IMG/VR virus record: IMGVR_UViG_3300032216_001891
Location: 90,555 to 154,554 of that record
Length of the DNA: 64,000 bases
DNA from: a virus
Taxonomy: Duplodnaviria; Caudoviricetes
Reading direction: 5' to 3' (one strand)
The position numbers and the translations under genes were made by a program. The notes under the pieces are model-generated. The model was not told where the DNA came from and did not search any database. It saw nothing but the letters and a program-made list of their open reading frames with translations. Of the stretch, positions 9,029-17,618 are shown piece after piece; the stretch's first letter is position 1, and each line of letters starts with the position of its first letter.

Positions 9029-10129
9029 TTACTTACCACTTGCGGCAATGATGTACTTGCCAAATCTCTTGTGGAACTCGTTGAAGTTAGGCATCTTGCC
9101 CGGTACCATGGGTAAATTGTATGTGGTCAACGCAACTCTAGCACCCATAACAACAACTTCAGTGGTAAAGTTATCCATCATAAACTTTAGGAAACGGTCA
9201 GCTTCAACGTGCCAGTCTGCCAAATTTGTACCACCGGACTTCTTAAATCTTTCCTGTAATTCATAGCACAGGCTAATGGTCAAGCTGTACATGGCTGAAA
9301 TTTCTTTATTCTTTAACTCGGTTACTTTACCACTTAAAATATCTTCGGGACGTGGCATAGAACCTGAAACCTTGCGATGTGCCATGAACTTGAGAGCCAA
9401 GCCTTCGCCCACAGTACCTGCAATTAAATCTGTAAGTTCAGCATCAGTAGCATCTTCATCCTCCAAGAACTGACTGACAAAGTGCCACGATCTTGGTGTA
9501 GCAAATGCACGACTCGAGCTCTTTGGATCAAAGTCAAACAAGTCCTGCTTGGCAAAGGTCAAGTAACCCACTACATCATTGTGCTCGTTGTTTTTAACTG
9601 CCCAAGCAAACCATGAATCAAAGTCCTTACGCATTTCCAAATGCACAAAACGATTGGCAAGCGGAGTAGGCATACGGTATGTGACACCTTTGTCGCTTTC
9701 TTTATTACCTGCCGCCACCAATACTACATTTTTAGGCAAGGTATAAGTGCCCACACGACGGTTTAAAACCAGTTGATATGCAGTGGCCTGTACCGCTGGT
9801 GCCGCTGAATTCATCTCGTCCAAGAACAGCACTACAATGGGAAACTGGCTAGCAAACTCTTCCGTAGGCAAGTCAATTGGCGGAGCCCAATTCATAGTTT
9901 CTGTGTTCTTGTTAAAGAACGGAATACCACGAAGGTCTGTGGGTTCCATTTGACTCAGTCGCAAGTCAATCATATGTCCGCCCAATTCCGCAGTTAATTC
10001 TGCAATAATTTCGCTTTTACCAATACCGGGAGGGCCCCATAAAAATACTGGACGCTGGGCTTTGAAACAACGTAAAATTCTACTACGTGCCGCATCCGGG
10101 CTAACTGTTCTGTTCTCACTCACTGACAT
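9029..10129 (-). CDS. MoxR-like AAA+ ATPase
   Basis: GPPGIGKS Walker A, LFLDEMN Walker B, AAGN, PLANRF, TPRSW; adjacent VWA partner. Confidence 0.9.
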   Translation of the reverse strand: MSVSENRTVSPDAARSRILRCFKAQRPVFLWGPPGIGKSEIIAELTAELGGHMIDLRLSQMEPTDLRGIPFFNKNTETMNWAPPIDLPTEEFASQFPIVVLFLDEMNSAAPAVQATAYQLVLNRRVGTYTLPKNVVLVAAGNKESDKGVTYRMPTPLANRFVHLEMRKDFDSWFAWAVKNNEHNDVVGYLTFAKQDLFDFDPKSSSRAFATPRSWHFVSQFLEDEDATDAELTDLIAGTVGEGLALKFMAHRKVSGSMPRPEDILSGKVTELKNKEISAMYSLTISLCYELQERFKKSGGTNLADWHVEADRFLKFMMDNFTTEVVVMGARVALTTYNLPMVPGKMPNFNEFHKRFGKYIIAASGK

Positions 10130-10186
10130 AATTGCTTTCCTTTTGTTAATTGTTACTGCTATTATAAAATAAAATTAATTCTTGGT

Positions 10187-10204
10187 GTGTTGTTATTGTG
10201 CAAC
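10187..10204. promoter_or_regulatory. GTGTTG-N8-CAAC palindromic operator-like site
   Basis: gtgttg ttattgtg caac, about 20 nt upstream of minus-strand TATAAT (10161-10166) before the MoxR gene. Confidence 0.5.
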
Positions 10205-10531
10205 TGAATACGATTCTGCATCCAATCTAGCCGATAGCTCTGCTGCTTCTCTAGCACGTTCATCGGCCAACCATCGTGCATGCATGGCCGAGTCTTCGTC
10301 TGACTCTTCAATGACCCAGCCTGCGGCTCTAAGCTCTTCACGACCAGCAAATGTTGACTTCATGCGATCCATCTGATTGTGGATAGCATTGATGCTGGCC
10401 TCCAACCACTCACGACTACGCCATTGTTCTGGAGTAGCATAACGTGGACGAAAACCAAAGAAATCCTTGTGAAAATCGCTGAAATAACCTTGTAATTCTT
10501 CTACTGAGTATTGGGCTAACGAGTTTTGCAT
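10193..10531 (-). CDS. hypothetical early protein
   Basis: 112 aa, SDFHKDFFGFRPR motif; GGAG SD and its own promoter. Confidence 0.75.
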   Translation of the reverse strand: MQNSLAQYSVEELQGYFSDFHKDFFGFRPRYATPEQWRSREWLEASINAIHNQMDRMKSTFAGREELRAAGWVIEESDEDSAMHARWLADERAREAAELSARLDAESYSVAQ

Positions 10532-10560
10532 AACAGCTCCTGTTGTTTAACTATACTAAT

Positions 10561-10594
10561 ATTATAACAAATTGGGAATTCTGGGTCAACCAAA
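10561..10594 (-). promoter_or_regulatory. sigma70-type promoter TTGACC-N17-TATAAT (repeat copy 1)
   Basis: 19 bp gaattctgggtcaaccaaa is identical at 10576, 11374 and 11552. Confidence 0.85.
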
Positions 10595-10864
10595 CTACTG
10601 ATCTTGAAAGTATACTGTAAATGCTCTAGCATCGGCCTTGTGAGTGTCCCTTTGCTGAGCATGCGGTCCACGATAACGAATTCTAACTCGATATCCCAAC
10701 TGCTGTAGTCCCGTTTTTACAGCCGTATAATGCTCAATCGGAACCATACGCAGGTCAGGGTTGGTTCTTGTTAATTCGTATAGTTCCTCAAATCCAGCAA
10801 CAAAACTTTGAGTTATAAGATTTGTTGCTGGTACTTGTGTATTCTCGGGACGATAAGTGTACAT
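10595..10864 (-). CDS. hypothetical protein
   Basis: 89 aa ORF, RVRIRYRGP. Confidence 0.65.
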   Translation of the reverse strand: MYTYRPENTQVPATNLITQSFVAGFEELYELTRTNPDLRMVPIEHYTAVKTGLQQLGYRVRIRYRGPHAQQRDTHKADARAFTVYFQDQ

Positions 10865-10865
10865 G

Positions 10866-11330
10866 TTAGTTGGCCTCGTACACCGCTTTCAACTGCTTCA
10901 TAAATTCAGCACGTAACTTGCCTGCTTCTTTTGGGCTGATTGTGTCTTTTTCGTACTTGACTTGACGATTGGTACCTGGGATTGTCTTGTAAACAAAGTC
11001 GCCAGCCTCTGCAACTTTAACAGTGTTTTTATGCACAGCAACTGTCTTGGGCTTTTTAACTGTTTTAGGCTTAGCAACCGTGCTTTCATCTTTGATCAAA
11101 CTTTTTAGCAATGCTGTTGCTTCGACTGCATCAACTGTCCAACGATCTAAGTTAGCAAGTACAAACTTAACAGTGTCATTTTTAGTCATTGTAGTGGGCA
11201 ACATACGCATGTTGATGTCAGTGTCACCATATTTAAATAGCATTTGAGCACGACCGGGGTCATTAGCAGTTCTAAACTTTAAAACACCCTCGGTACGACT
11301 AAAACCTGCAAATGTAAATGTATTCATCAA
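10866..11330 (-). CDS. hypothetical early protein, Lys-rich
   Basis: 154 aa ORF with AGGAG SD downstream of promoter copy 2. Confidence 0.75.
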   Translation of the reverse strand: MMNTFTFAGFSRTEGVLKFRTANDPGRAQMLFKYGDTDINMRMLPTTMTKNDTVKFVLANLDRWTVDAVEATALLKSLIKDESTVAKPKTVKKPKTVAVHKNTVKVAEAGDFVYKTIPGTNRQVKYEKDTISPKEAGKLRAEFMKQLKAVYEAN

Positions 11331-11358
11331 CTGCTCCTTAAAATTTAACTATACATAT

Positions 11359-11392
11359 ATTATAGCAAACCCAGAATTCTGGGTCAACCAAA
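11359..11392 (-). promoter_or_regulatory. sigma70-type promoter TTGACC-N17-TATAAT (repeat copy 2)
   Basis: Same 19 bp repeat; contains the 16 bp palindrome acccagaattctgggt. Confidence 0.85.
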
Positions 11393-11527
11393 ATGCTCAC
11401 GATTTTGATGCTTTTCTTGACGCTTGAAACGTGTTTTCAACTCCACTGTACGGCTACGAAAAGGGCTGTTGTTCATAAACAACACTCGATGAGCACGGGT
11501 TTTTTGGGGTTTTTGTTTAATTTTCAT
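11384..11527 (-). CDS. ArfA-like (alternative ribosome rescue factor A-like) small basic protein
   Basis: 47 aa MKIKQKPQKTRAHRVLFMNNSPFRSRTVELKTRFKRQEKH; resembles the ArfA core L..PLFRQRVE...Y.RK.KH by eye. Confidence 0.5.
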   Translation of the reverse strand: MKIKQKPQKTRAHRVLFMNNSPFRSRTVELKTRFKRQEKHQNREHFG

Positions 11528-11536
11528 AATACAGTT

Positions 11537-11570
11537 ATTATACGGTATTGCGAATTCTGGGTCAACCAAA
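11537..11570 (-). promoter_or_regulatory. sigma70-type promoter TTGACC-N17-TATAAT (repeat copy 3)
   Basis: Same 19 bp repeat; predicted start site within a few nt of the ATG at 11527. Confidence 0.85.
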
Positions 11571-11572
11571 AG

Positions 11573-11598
11573 AAAAAGCCCCAAAACGGGGCTTTTTT
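11573..11598. terminator. bidirectional rho-independent terminator
   Basis: aaaaagcccc aaaac ggggctttttt hairpin with A and T tracts, downstream of the peroxiredoxin gene. Confidence 0.85.
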
Positions 11599-11600
11599 CA

Positions 11601-11618
11601 GTGTTGTTTTTGTGCAAC
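11601..11618. promoter_or_regulatory. GTGTTG-N8-CAAC palindromic operator-like site
   Basis: gtgttg tttttgtg caac. Confidence 0.45.
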
Positions 11619-11622
11619 AGAT

Positions 11623-12153
11623 TTAGGCAGTGAGATACTGCATGACATTTTCTGGACTGCTTTCCTGATAAGGATCACTGCCAAAATTGTCTTCACGTCC
11701 CGGTTCTTCAAACATTTTTTCCACCACCCCATCATTGATGATGGCGGCATAGCGATGACTGCGAGCACCAAACCCAATGGCAGACTTTGATACCAGCATG
11801 CCCATGAGTCTTGTGAAATCTCCATTGCCGTCGGGTATCATTTTGACATTTTTGATACCTAAACTTCTAGCCCATTCGTTCATGACAAACGCATCGTTTA
11901 CACTGATGCAATAGATTTCGTCAATGCCAAGATCTTTAAAACTGTTGTACTGCTCTTCAAATCCCGGCAATTGATATGAGGAACAAGTGGGAGTAAATGC
12001 TCCCGGCAAGCTGAACAAAATCACTCGCTTTTTACCGAACAGATCCCGGGCGGATTTGAATACAAATTCTCCTCCAATAGGACAACCGCCCGATTCAGGC
12101 GCTTCGTCACCTTGACGAAAAGCAAATGTTACATTTGGAATACATTGAGTCAT
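11623..12153 (-). CDS. peroxiredoxin (Prx5-like, Redoxin family)
   Basis: SLPGAFTPTCS, SVNDAFVMNEW, IPDGNGDFTR, RSHRYA. Confidence 0.95.
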   Translation of the reverse strand: MTQCIPNVTFAFRQGDEAPESGGCPIGGEFVFKSARDLFGKKRVILFSLPGAFTPTCSSYQLPGFEEQYNSFKDLGIDEIYCISVNDAFVMNEWARSLGIKNVKMIPDGNGDFTRLMGMLVSKSAIGFGARSHRYAAIINDGVVEKMFEEPGREDNFGSDPYQESSPENVMQYLTA

Positions 12154-12209
12154 ATAATTCTCCTTAAATTTTTTTACTAGTATATAGTGGTTTCTACTGA
12201 TATGTCAAA

Positions 12210-13271
12210 TTATTTTTTACCGATGTACTCGTGACTGTAGCACACACGATGGGCGTCTCTAACAGTGGTGGTGCCACCATAGCCCGGCATCTTACGTGCA
12301 GTGCCATCTTTGTTTAAGTAACTGCCGGCACGGGATTTCTTGTTCATTGAAGTGGGGCGCCACAGAGGTGATTTTTCTCTATGCTCACCAAATGATGGGT
12401 GTGCGGTTTTAGAGAAGTATCGTAATCCACGACTCACATAGATTTCGGCAATAGCGTCTGAGAAGGCGGTGCCGATGCCCATGCCTTGGAACTCGGGCAG
12501 TATCACTGTCCTATGTCCACGCCAGTAACTGTGTATGTCTCTATTGGTTGAATGTATTGCGGCATGGAATCCAATGGGCTTATCGCCCAACAGTAGTACA
12601 TAGTAGTGAGCTGATTTACTTATAGCAGTGTCTAAATAGTGATACTTACCGAAATATCGCCAATAGTGTCGACTTGTGCTTTTGATGGTGAATGTGAGTT
12701 TTGGTCTTGATCCCACTGGAAGAAGTGACCTCCGATTTTCTAAGACACAGAGGTCTGTGTCATAAACGCTATCAGGATCAAGCCACTCGACGATGTCACG
12801 GTGGCAACTAGCAATATACAATGGAGTTTTAGTTTCTTGTCGGTCATAATATCGCCTTATGCTGAGTGCTAAACTTTTGGCTGTGTCTCTATCTACTACT
12901 GATGTAAATTCATCAATGGTCGTGATACCTCGATCCAAACACATGGCCATTTCAAATCTATGATACTCACCATTGCTGAGTGTAGCAGGCGTTCGAAACC
13001 AAGCTGGTATGGTTCTAAGACCACAGGCCAATAATAATTCTTCACCACGTTCGGCGGTGGTGAAGTTGTTAATAACGCTCATGTCGTTGTCGACATAAGC
13101 AATAACGCTCTTGTTGCTACGGCTTAAGGTATCAAGTATAGTGCTTTTGCCCGATCCCGATGTGCCTACAATCAGCACAATGCCTTCAGTGGGCAACTCG
13201 GGAATAATAACGGACTGTTCTTTATAGTCAGTAATATCGTATTTTTGTTTAATTTCGTCTAGGTAGCTCAT
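12210..13271 (-). CDS. ABC-type ATPase fused to a C-terminal GNAT acetyltransferase
   Basis: GTSGSGKST, LSNGE signature, IDEFTSVVDR, SCH; C-terminal RTVILPEFQGMGIG acetyl-CoA motif A. Confidence 0.85.
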   Translation of the reverse strand: MSYLDEIKQKYDITDYKEQSVIIPELPTEGIVLIVGTSGSGKSTILDTLSRSNKSVIAYVDNDMSVINNFTTAERGEELLLACGLRTIPAWFRTPATLSNGEYHRFEMAMCLDRGITTIDEFTSVVDRDTAKSLALSIRRYYDRQETKTPLYIASCHRDIVEWLDPDSVYDTDLCVLENRRSLLPVGSRPKLTFTIKSTSRHYWRYFGKYHYLDTAISKSAHYYVLLLGDKPIGFHAAIHSTNRDIHSYWRGHRTVILPEFQGMGIGTAFSDAIAEIYVSRGLRYFSKTAHPSFGEHREKSPLWRPTSMNKKSRAGSYLNKDGTARKMPGYGGTTTVRDAHRVCYSHEYIGKK

Positions 13272-13675
13272 ACTATTTCCTCAAAAAGATCTGGTGATAG
13301 AAAAACAGAATTAGCATATCTAGTTAGATGGTGTCCGTTGTCAGTGGTTACACGTTGATGACATACTCGACACAACACTTCAAGATTGGCGGTGGTGTTG
13401 TTGTGGCGATCACCGTCGATGTGATTTACATCTAATTGTTCGGGCCTTGTAATATGCGATGTACATTTAAATCCGTGATGTGCATCTGTATTGGAACACC
13501 CTTGGTTAGTTTTCCATTCATCAACTACAATCTTTCCTTTTGTACGATGATGGTCACAAAACATTTTCCATCTGTATCCCGGGGATTGTTGACCCATTCT
13601 ACCGTATTTTTTATGATAGTTAACTTTAGTAATACAATCGGGTAAAGCACATTTTGGTGCCCATAAATTTGACAT
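13268..13675 (-). CDS. HNH endonuclease-like protein
   Basis: LDVNHIDGDRHNNTTANLEVLCRVCH. Confidence 0.85.
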   Translation of the reverse strand: MSNLWAPKCALPDCITKVNYHKKYGRMGQQSPGYRWKMFCDHHRTKGKIVVDEWKTNQGCSNTDAHHGFKCTSHITRPEQLDVNHIDGDRHNNTTANLEVLCRVCHQRVTTDNGHHLTRYANSVFLSPDLFEEIV

Positions 13676-13714
13676 TTTATTTTACTCCAGAGTAATTGTG
13701 ATAATCTTGTTTGA

Positions 13715-14197
13715 TCATTTAGCCATCTTGCATAATTCTTCCCAACTTGAGATTTCGTGATCCCACCAGTGGTTACTGCGTCGTGGTGTTCCGTCTAACT
13801 CAAATGGTATACTTACAGCGTTAGCGTTCATATGCTGATAGGCCCGGTATGGTATATAGAAAAAATATTGTTGTTTAGTTAATCTTTCTGTTACCACTAA
13901 CAATATAGGAGCAGAAGTATTTTCAATACCAAACCAGGCTTTTAAACAGTTATTTTTAATATTACTTTTACCATTGGGGTTTGTTTGTGCATGTTTAATC
14001 TGTTTACCTGAGACTAGATCAATTTCTGGAGTATTCTTATCACATTGAGCAACGCCGGATTGTTTACTAATTGCTTTTTCGGCAAGCTCTCCAACTTCAA
14101 TTAAATTTTGTTCAGCAAATATTTCAAACGCTTGTTCAAGGGTATATGTGTTTTGTAATTTACTACCAAAAACGGTTTCAAGTAATATGTTAGGCAT
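13715..14197 (-). CDS. hypothetical protein, possible PD-(D/E)xK-like nuclease fold
   Basis: GELAEKAI...PEIDLVSGKQIK arrangement; AT-rich; weak. Confidence 0.4.
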   Translation of the reverse strand: MPNILLETVFGSKLQNTYTLEQAFEIFAEQNLIEVGELAEKAISKQSGVAQCDKNTPEIDLVSGKQIKHAQTNPNGKSNIKNNCLKAWFGIENTSAPILLVVTERLTKQQYFFYIPYRAYQHMNANAVSIPFELDGTPRRSNHWWDHEISSWEELCKMAK

Positions 14198-14257
14198 CCT
14201 ACACCTTTGTAAGTTAATGACAACTATATTATAAAATAAATTTTGCTCTCAGTCGAC

Positions 14258-14809
14258 CTAAATTTCTAAACTACTACCCTTTGCACGATTGTAGAAAATG
14301 TGAGCACCAATTTTCTTTGCACGTTGGCCAACATCGGCCCAAGCGGGATTACGAATATAATCGGCATGATAAAATAAACTGCGTTCCAAGCCCGCAACAC
14401 CTTCGCCCGCCAATACCGCCTGAGCAATTTCTTCACAACGCTGGTATATACCTGGGTCGGGCCGTGGCAGTCGCTTCAACAAGGTCCATGAGAATTGACT
14501 GGGAGCATGCACTACACCACAAACAGTCTTACCCCAGTATCCCAAACGTACACGATTCACTGTGACGTGACCCACTGCATACCTACCCACATCATCTTGA
14601 TTGCCGGCCTCGTAATAAATGTTTCGAGCCATGCATTCCACGTCTCGAGCAGTGTAGTTGACACGATGACCGGTGTCAACAATACCTTCCAATCTATGCA
14701 ACCGTTGTTCAATTTGTTCGGTTTGAGTTGATATATCACCAATGGTGTATGTAAGTCGAATCAACAACAGCACAGCAACGCCAGACAACAACAATATATA
14801 ACGATTCAC
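14258..14809 (-). CDS. cell wall hydrolase, SleB/CwlJ (Hydrolase_2) family
   Basis: N-terminal TM; CMARNIYYEAG, VTVNRV, VCGVV, QFSW, FYHADY, IGAHIFY. Confidence 0.92.
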   Translation of the reverse strand: MNRYILLLSGVAVLLLIRLTYTIGDISTQTEQIEQRLHRLEGIVDTGHRVNYTARDVECMARNIYYEAGNQDDVGRYAVGHVTVNRVRLGYWGKTVCGVVHAPSQFSWTLLKRLPRPDPGIYQRCEEIAQAVLAGEGVAGLERSLFYHADYIRNPAWADVGQRAKKIGAHIFYNRAKGSSLEI

Positions 14810-14866
14810 GATGGCCTCTACAAGTGGTTAGACAAGTAGTCATTATACCAAATTTTGAATTATCAT

Positions 14867-14884
14867 GTGTTGTGTTTACACAAC
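14867..14884. promoter_or_regulatory. GTGTTG-N8-CAAC palindromic operator-like site
   Basis: gtgttg tgtttaca caac upstream of a minus-strand TATAAT before the SleB gene. Confidence 0.5.
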
Positions 14885-14886
14885 GG

Positions 14887-15261
14887 TTACAGATTTGATT
14901 GGAGATTGTTTAGATATGTGGCGAGATCACCACCGTGTAACTGTAGCATCACAGCATCGGTTTCACTGTGAACATACAGGTACCCAGTGGTGGCAAGATA
15001 GTAGGGCGAGCGAAAAACTCTTTCCAACTGCAACAGTTGACGATACTTTACATCCGAGGACACAGCAACAGCGTGAAACACAATGTCAGTGTGCCGTTTG
15101 ATCCAACGATGTCCTTGAGGTGTTAGTCTGAGACTGTGTGGGTTTAAGGGATTCTTCCACCATTGATGTTCAACACCGGGCCAAGCAGCTCCCGGTTCCA
15201 CGTGATCAATTAAAAATTGAGTCCACGCGGCTTGCGAGTCAAGGTCGGTAAACGGTGTCAC
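14887..15261 (-). CDS. hypothetical protein
   Basis: 124 aa, WWKNP...SLRLT. Confidence 0.65.
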   Translation of the reverse strand: MTPFTDLDSQAAWTQFLIDHVEPGAAWPGVEHQWWKNPLNPHSLRLTPQGHRWIKRHTDIVFHAVAVSSDVKYRQLLQLERVFRSPYYLATTGYLYVHSETDAVMLQLHGGDLATYLNNLQSNL

Positions 15262-15529
15262 CTTGCTTTAACAACACCACCGTAAAGGCGTGAGTCTTGA
15301 AAAGTGTATTGAGTTTCTTAGCCAAGTTTATGGCATGCCCTGAATTAGAGAATGAAACCTTCTTGTACTTGGGCCCAGGATAATTTATCAGCACGTTGAA
15401 GGTTTTTAAATTGATGGGTTGATCATTGTAAAACACTGCCCAGATTCCTTCGCTGGCCAAAACTTGGTCACTTTTGTAGTTTGATTTGTTTACATGTTCT
15501 ACTAGAACTGTGGGTTTTGGACGACTCAT
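15239..15529 (-). CDS. hypothetical protein
   Basis: 96 aa MSRPKPTVL..., GGAGA SD, TAAATA upstream. Confidence 0.75.
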   Translation of the reverse strand: MSRPKPTVLVEHVNKSNYKSDQVLASEGIWAVFYNDQPINLKTFNVLINYPGPKYKKVSFSNSGHAINLAKKLNTLFKTHAFTVVLLKQGDTVYRP

Positions 15530-15585
15530 TGATATCTCCTGTATTTTTGATACAGTTATTTATGCCTATAAGTGCGTATATTATA

Positions 15586-15801
15586 TTAAAATCCGCCGCC
15601 GTCCATGTTGATCTCCACAGGACTGTCAATGGTGGCGGGTCGCTCACTGAGTTCAGTGATGTGTGACAACAGTGCAAAAATATCTGCATGCAGGTTACGT
15701 GCATCCTGAGCAGTCATTACCAGTGTGGTGCTTTGTGTTTGATTCATTACACGAATTCTATCATTGAAGTTTCGTACGTGTATGCTTAGTTTATGATCCA
15801 T
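15586..15801 (-). CDS. hypothetical protein
   Basis: 71 aa ending MDGGGF. Confidence 0.6.
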   Translation of the reverse strand: MDHKLSIHVRNFNDRIRVMNQTQSTTLVMTAQDARNLHADIFALLSHITELSERPATIDSPVEINMDGGGF

Positions 15802-16267
15802 TTGCTGTCCTTAAGTGTTGATTAGCTGTTTCCTGTGTGTGAAACGGTCCTTGATATTCATAACGATTCAATGTAATGGCCTTGGGACAATATCCACGCA
15901 CCCAATGCGAATCAAATTTTATAATATAGTAGCCGGCACAGAAATGACTTTTGCTCTTGGCAGTTTTGGTAAAAATTGGTAACTGTCGTTGTACATCAAA
16001 CAACACATTGTAGGGACGATGCGGAGTGGGATAACCATAGATTTCATAGGCTTTACCTTCGGCACTTCGCGGCTTTTCTGTTTTAACAAATTCAATGTTG
16101 TACTTCTTACTTAACAGTTTGATTGACGGAAATACTTCACGCTGTTCATTGCGAACATAGGCAACTCCGCCTTCGTCAATGGCCTGTATTGTAGCAATCT
16201 TTTCTCCCGATGCCTCTACAATCCAGAATTTATTTTTTACTACAGTTTTTGCTATGGTTTCAGTCAT
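15791..16267 (-). CDS. hypothetical protein
   Basis: Start refined to MTETIAK (ATGA overlap). Confidence 0.7.
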   Translation of the reverse strand: MTETIAKTVVKNKFWIVEASGEKIATIQAIDEGGVAYVRNEQREVFPSIKLLSKKYNIEFVKTEKPRSAEGKAYEIYGYPTPHRPYNVLFDVQRQLPIFTKTAKSKSHFCAGYYIIKFDSHWVRGYCPKAITLNRYEYQGPFHTQETANQHLRTANGS

Positions 16268-16632
16268 GTCAGTAATCCTATTATTAATATGTAAGTCAGT
16301 GTGTGTAGCAATTGGTCCAAGCCCATCAACCACCAAAATTCTTCATGTGTTGTTGCTGTCCAACCGTAGTGACGATTGATGTTGACCTTGGCCCAATCAA
16401 TGTGATAATGTAGTACAGTGTCCAATAAGCCCAGTATCATCGCCAACTCCATACTATACCCAAACAAGGCCAGGCATAGCATTGTAGCTGTGCCATGTAG
16501 GCCAGCATGTAACACACCACCCGGGTGACCATATGTACCTTTGTTTAAGTATTGGTAAGGCCGTTGCAACAAAAAGTCCACAACAAAATGTTTGGTGAAT
16601 AATACTAGTAGCAAGCTCAGTGTGGTGTTCAT
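16264..16632 (-). CDS. DUF3307-like membrane protein
   Basis: KHFVVDFLLQ, HAGLHG, HYHIDWAK, GLDQLLH. Confidence 0.8.
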   Translation of the reverse strand: MNTTLSLLLVLFTKHFVVDFLLQRPYQYLNKGTYGHPGGVLHAGLHGTATMLCLALFGYSMELAMILGLLDTVLHYHIDWAKVNINRHYGWTATTHEEFWWLMGLDQLLHTLTYILIIGLLT

Positions 16633-16633
16633 G

Positions 16634-16984
16634 TTATTTTTTCAAACAACTCATGGTGATTATTTTGCCCAGTTCCACACCTAGATCCTGCTCTTCGGGC
16701 ACAATGTACAACTGTGGGTCTTGATATATGCGATTGATTTGCACAATCCATCCGCCCGAGGCCGGGGTCACAGTGAGGTTTATACCATTCTTAAGGTCCA
16801 CTGGTTGTGGTGCATGAGAGTTGCCGGTATTGACACCAAGAGTGTACCCGGTGTTGTTTGTTGTGTGTATTTGATAATTTCCCACTGCCATGTCATTTTC
16901 CTTTTCCTGTGCGTTCACAAACCTAGTACGACTGGGAGCCGCTAACCAATTCAATAACTGTACTCGCAAATTTGCAAAAATCAT
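16634..16984 (-). CDS. hypothetical protein
   Basis: 116 aa; C-terminal half resembles 17331..17618. Confidence 0.6.
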   Translation of the reverse strand: MIFANLRVQLLNWLAAPSRTRFVNAQEKENDMAVGNYQIHTTNNTGYTLGVNTGNSHAPQPVDLKNGINLTVTPASGGWIVQINRIYQDPQLYIVPEEQDLGVELGKIITMSCLKK

Positions 16985-17334
16985 ATAGGATCCGTAAGCA
17001 GTAGCACTAGTTTGAGTTGTTCTTCAGCATGTTTTACTTGAGCCACGGCCGCGGCCACTGTGACATTTTCTTTGGCCAACTGTTCCATACGATATTCTTC
17101 CTTTGACTTGTCCAATGCCCATTTCAATGCAGACATGACTTCATCGCTCAGTTGCACTGTGGTATAGCCAGCGGGCAACGATATCCAACTACCGCTATCA
17201 AACGCCTGTATATCATTACCACAGATACGTAGCATGCCCTGTGTAGGATTGTTGCTGTTTGGGGTAATGTACGGTAGGTTGTTATTACCATTGGTTACAC
17301 TGATTCCCTGGTTTCCGGTCAAGCTTCTAATCAT
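16981..17334 (-). CDS. hypothetical protein
   Basis: 117 aa, ATGA-coupled. Confidence 0.65.
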   Translation of the reverse strand: MIRSLTGNQGISVTNGNNNLPYITPNSNNPTQGMLRICGNDIQAFDSGSWISLPAGYTTVQLSDEVMSALKWALDKSKEEYRMEQLAKENVTVAAAVAQVKHAEEQLKLVLLLTDPI

Positions 17335-17618
17335 GACTTCAATAACTCCATGCTGACAATGTGTCCAATGGCAGTGGTGATGTCTTCGCCCTCGGGAATA
17401 ACATGTGTGAACAAGTTATCTTGATCTGCTTTGCGATTGTAACTGCGAATCTGCACAACAGTTCCGCCCTGTGCCGGCATAACATTAAATGTCAAACCTT
17501 CAACTTCGACGTGAGCATGATTTCTACCCGCTTTTGTATGGTATATCACTTCTCGCTCGTAGTCACGATGGTAATCCCAACCCCACTTCATTATTGCTGA
17601 CCAAATTTTTCTAATCAT
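17331..17618 (-). CDS. hypothetical protein
   Basis: 95 aa, ATGA-coupled. Confidence 0.65.
   Translation of the reverse strand: MIRKIWSAIMKWGWDYHRDYEREVIYHTKAGRNHAHVEVEGLTFNVMPAQGGTVVQIRSYNRKADQDNLFTHVIPEGEDITTAIGHIVSMELLKS

Noticed and set aside
13268-13675. HNH gene as part of a mobile intron
   Set aside because: Free-standing, does not interrupt a gene, and no group I core is visible
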